In this document: piece after piece, positions 63,570 to 64,000 of the stretch
Numbering within the stretch: the stretch's first letter is position 1
Layout of the letters: every line of letters begins with the position of its first letter
Origin: Candidatus Fermentibacteraceae bacterium
GTDB taxonomy: Bacteria; Fermentibacterota; Fermentibacteria; Fermentibacterales; JCC-6
Assembly: GCA_016936235.1 (NCBI GenBank)
Contig: JAFGPK010000054.1
Span: 7,559-71,558 of the forward strand
Length of the DNA: 64,000 nt
Direction of reading: 5' to 3'
The notes under the pieces: generated by a model
Databases searched by the model: none
Told to the model about the DNA's origin: nothing
The model's input: the letters and a program-made list of their open reading frames with translations, nothing else
Position numbers and translations under genes: made by a program

Positions 63570-64000
63570 ATGGTCGATCTACTCTCATCAGCATACTCCT
63601 GGGAAGCCGGAGGGTTCCCTCTGGGAAGGATGGTTGCCTCCCTCCTGATAGTCCTGCTGGCCCTTGCAACAAGAAGCGTGATGAAGTCCGCGCTCAAGAG
63701 GGTCGGGGCCAGGATGCCGGGTTTCACCGGAGCTCTGGCAAGGGACCTGATCAGACCGGCCTCGTTCCTGCTGATCATGCTGGGGGTCTACATCTCGATC
63801 AGTATACACGACCTGTCTCCCTCGATAGAGGACCTTGTCAGGAAGGTATTCCTCTTCTTCCTGACCGTGAACTTGCTGTGGCTCCTGATGAGGGTGGTGG
63901 ATGCAGTTGCGGAACAGATGTCCTCGGTGGTCGACGGGACCCGTTCGAGGATGGACGACCAGCTGATACCGATACTCAGGAAGCTTGCCAAGTTCCTCCT
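63570..64000 (+). CDS. MscS-family mechanosensitive channel, N-terminal TM region (continues beyond window end)
   Basis: GGAGG 6 nt before the ATG. Three TM helices in the pattern of the MscS/YbdG N-terminus. The conserved C-terminal domain lies outside the window. Confidence 0.45.
   Translation, partial: MVDLLSSAYSWEAGGFPLGRMVASLLIVLLALATRSVMKSALKRVGARMPGFTGALARDLIRPASFLLIMLGVYISISIHDLSPSIEDLVRKVFLFFLTVNLLWLLMRVVDAVAEQMSSVVDGTRSRMDDQLIPILRKLAKFL

Noticed and set aside
1-64000. CRISPR arrays, tRNA/rRNA genes, IS elements and prophage modules.
   Set aside because: No spaced direct repeats, no tRNA-like T-loop/acceptor patterns in intergenic gaps, and no transposase or phage structural motifs were seen. 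The only tyrosine recombinase has the canonical XerC/D signature and sits among housekeeping genes.

Overview
The window is GC-rich (about 60% by eye), very gene-dense, and reads as bacterial chromosomal sequence. About 50 protein-coding genes are supported, and 46 of them lie on the minus strand. Many neighbouring genes share 1-4 nt start/stop overlaps (ATGA/TGATG), so transcription looks like a few long polycistronic units.

Recognisable housekeeping genes:
- rng (5' portion of the gene; the C-terminal end lies beyond the window start), purL-purQ-purS, purB, uvrB.
- archaeal-type pheS/pheT.
- xerD-like recombinase, lon, hsp20, recG, panE, secA.
- PBP1A, pilB/gspE, deoA.
- pyrF-pyrD-pyrK-pyrC, rlpA, a class II aldolase, trkH-trkA, lepB, and the 5' end of an MscS-like channel.

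No rRNA, tRNA, CRISPR array, transposase or prophage gene was recognised.

Candidates for an undescribed system, in rough order of interest:
1. A fused 808-aa radical-SAM protein (CxxxCxxC plus a DUF2344-like tail) that is translationally coupled to a tandem-double PurS on one side and to RNase G on the other.
2. An IspH fused to a UbiA-like membrane domain, heading a coupled operon with an SH3 lipoprotein and a sulfatase-like enzyme.
3. A 475-aa protein built from three ribosomal L7/L12 C-terminal-domain-like modules, sitting next to xerD and an overlapping unknown ORF.
4. A secreted orthocaspase (HG / DACHSG dyad) with a C-terminal zinc ribbon.
5. A coupled DUF4339-deoA-pilB-lipoprotein-PBP1A-TPR-LPG-synthase-TM super-operon, with a single pilB and no other pilus genes in the 64-kb window.
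6. A GT51 transglycosylase domain fused to a long N-terminal domain of unknown function.
7. Two ORFs separated only by an in-frame TGA, the downstream one having a signal-peptide-like N-terminus but no canonical start.
8. A roughly 55-nt duplication of the trkA 3' end, preceded by two perfect hairpins.

All functional calls come from reading motifs by eye. No database search was run.
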